Positions 55,457 to 56,244 of a stretch of 56,244 nucleotides of DNA are shown piece by piece. Made by a program: the position numbers and the translations under genes. The stretch lies in the IMG/VR virus record IMGVR_UViG_3300030419_002488, positions 1 to 56,244 of that record. One strand, given 5' to 3'. The notes beneath the pieces were generated by a model. That model worked only from the letters and a program-made list of their open reading frames with translations. It did not search any database and was not told the DNA's origin. Numbering within the stretch: the first letter of the stretch is position 1; the number at the start of each line of letters is the position of its first letter. The stretch comes from a virus. Taxonomy: Duplodnaviria; Caudoviricetes.

Positions 55457-55942
55457 ATGAAATATGACAGAGAAGAATTTGTAAAAATAGTAGCCAAACA
55501 CGAAGGAGTCGTGCTTGAACCTTATAAAGATTCATTAGGTATTTCTACTATAGGTATCGGGAGAAATCTTGAAGATCGTGGCATTACCGATGGTGAATTA
55601 ATGCACATGAACAGAGATCTCGAAGATATAGTTAATAATGGTCTTACTGAAGAAGAAGCATACTATCTCTGTATAAATGATATAAAAAATGTAGAAAAAG
55701 AGTTGGTTGCAAAAAAACCTATTGTTTTACAACTCGATGAAGCACGACAGATGTGTCTTGTTGATATGGGATTTAATATGGGTGTGCCAAGATTAATGAA
55801 ATTTGTTAATATGTGGAAAGCTATAGATAACGCTGATTTTCAATGGGCAAGCGAGGAGATGCTTGATTCCCGTTGGGCAAAACAAGTAAAGGGAAGAGCA
55901 ACACATTTATCAGAAGTTATGAGAACGGGGGAGTGGGCGTGA
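55457..55942 (+). CDS. Lysozyme/endolysin (GH24, T4-like)
   Basis: HEG....YKDSLG..TIGIGRNL (E-x8-D-x5-T), M.FNMG, DSRWAKQV. Confidence 0.92.
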   Translation: MKYDREEFVKIVAKHEGVVLEPYKDSLGISTIGIGRNLEDRGITDGELMHMNRDLEDIVNNGLTEEEAYYLCINDIKNVEKELVAKKPIVLQLDEARQMCLVDMGFNMGVPRLMKFVNMWKAIDNADFQWASEEMLDSRWAKQVKGRATHLSEVMRTGEWA

Positions 55943-56175
55943 GTATTCCAAAGAAAAGAACTAAAAAAAAAGATTTTTATAAAGAAGTAGAAAAATCAAT
56001 TAAAAAACGTGGTATACCTACTACACGCCAAGAAATAAAAATGTTTAAGGACAGACATAAATTTGAAGGGGTAGTTCCTAAATATCAAGAACCTAGACCA
56101 GTTGAAATACCGGGTGAACCTTCACCAAAAGCAAAAGAGCTACTCAAGCAAGGTAAAAAAGTTTATTTTTTATAG
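55939..56175 (+). CDS. Basic hypothetical protein present only in allele B
   Basis: GTGA overlap with the lysozyme stop, GGGGAG RBS; MSIPKKRTKKK... Confidence 0.7.
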   Translation: MSIPKKRTKKKDFYKEVEKSIKKRGIPTTRQEIKMFKDRHKFEGVVPKYQEPRPVEIPGEPSPKAKELLKQGKKVYFL

Positions 56176-56183
56176 GGGAATAA

Positions 56184-56244
56184 ATGGACAAAAAGAAAAG
56201 ATGTGACACTTGCGAATGTTACGAATGTAACTGTGACGAGTGTG
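56184..56244 (+). CDS. 5' part of the Cys-rich peptide (allele B)
   Basis: ATG GAC AAA AAG AAA AGA TGT GAC ACT TGC..., same frame as 182-307. Confidence 0.7.
   Translation, partial: MDKKKRCDTCECYECNCDEC

Larger units (their letters stand above)
55757..56244. repeat. Imperfect terminal overlap (copy B), 249 nt longer than copy A
   Basis: See 1-239. Confidence 0.95.

Noticed and set aside
1-56244. tRNA genes, phage RNA polymerase, introns/inteins, alternative genetic code
   Set aside because: No cloverleaf or T-loop signature was noticed, core genes are of normal length and uninterrupted apart from the PolA split, and standard-code ORFs tile the genome. tRNAscan-SE would be needed to confirm the absence of tRNAs.

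Overview
The window is an essentially complete, circularly permuted genome of an AT-rich tailed dsDNA phage with podovirus-type architecture. It most resembles the marine HMO-2011-type group, because its family A DNA polymerase carries the diagnostic DnaJ-like CxxCxGxG x2 zinc finger. There are three transcription blocks. (i) Late/structural genes on + run from about 41.07 kb through the contig junction to 22.37 kb: terminase, portal, scaffold, major capsid, lysis, tail, fibre array and internal virion proteins. (ii) A replication module on - spans 32.58 to 22.36 kb: primase, helicase, split exonuclease/PolA, SSB, nucleases and class II RNR. (iii) Small early/accessory genes on + span 32.78-40.34 kb and include a C5 DNA methyltransferase. 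I saw no RNA polymerase, tRNA or CRISPR array. The most notable observations are: a duplicated 'adaptor + three position-specific paralogues' fibre-tip cassette whose seven small genes all end in GDLA with an embedded Shine-Dalgarno; a tyrosine-recombinase/topoisomerase-IB/protelomerase-like protein between terminase and portal; an ADP-ribosyltransferase-like domain on a likely virion protein; a covarying tandem hairpin in front of the scaffold gene; and contig ends that are two different alleles of the same locus. All functional calls come from motif recognition by eye, with no database searches.
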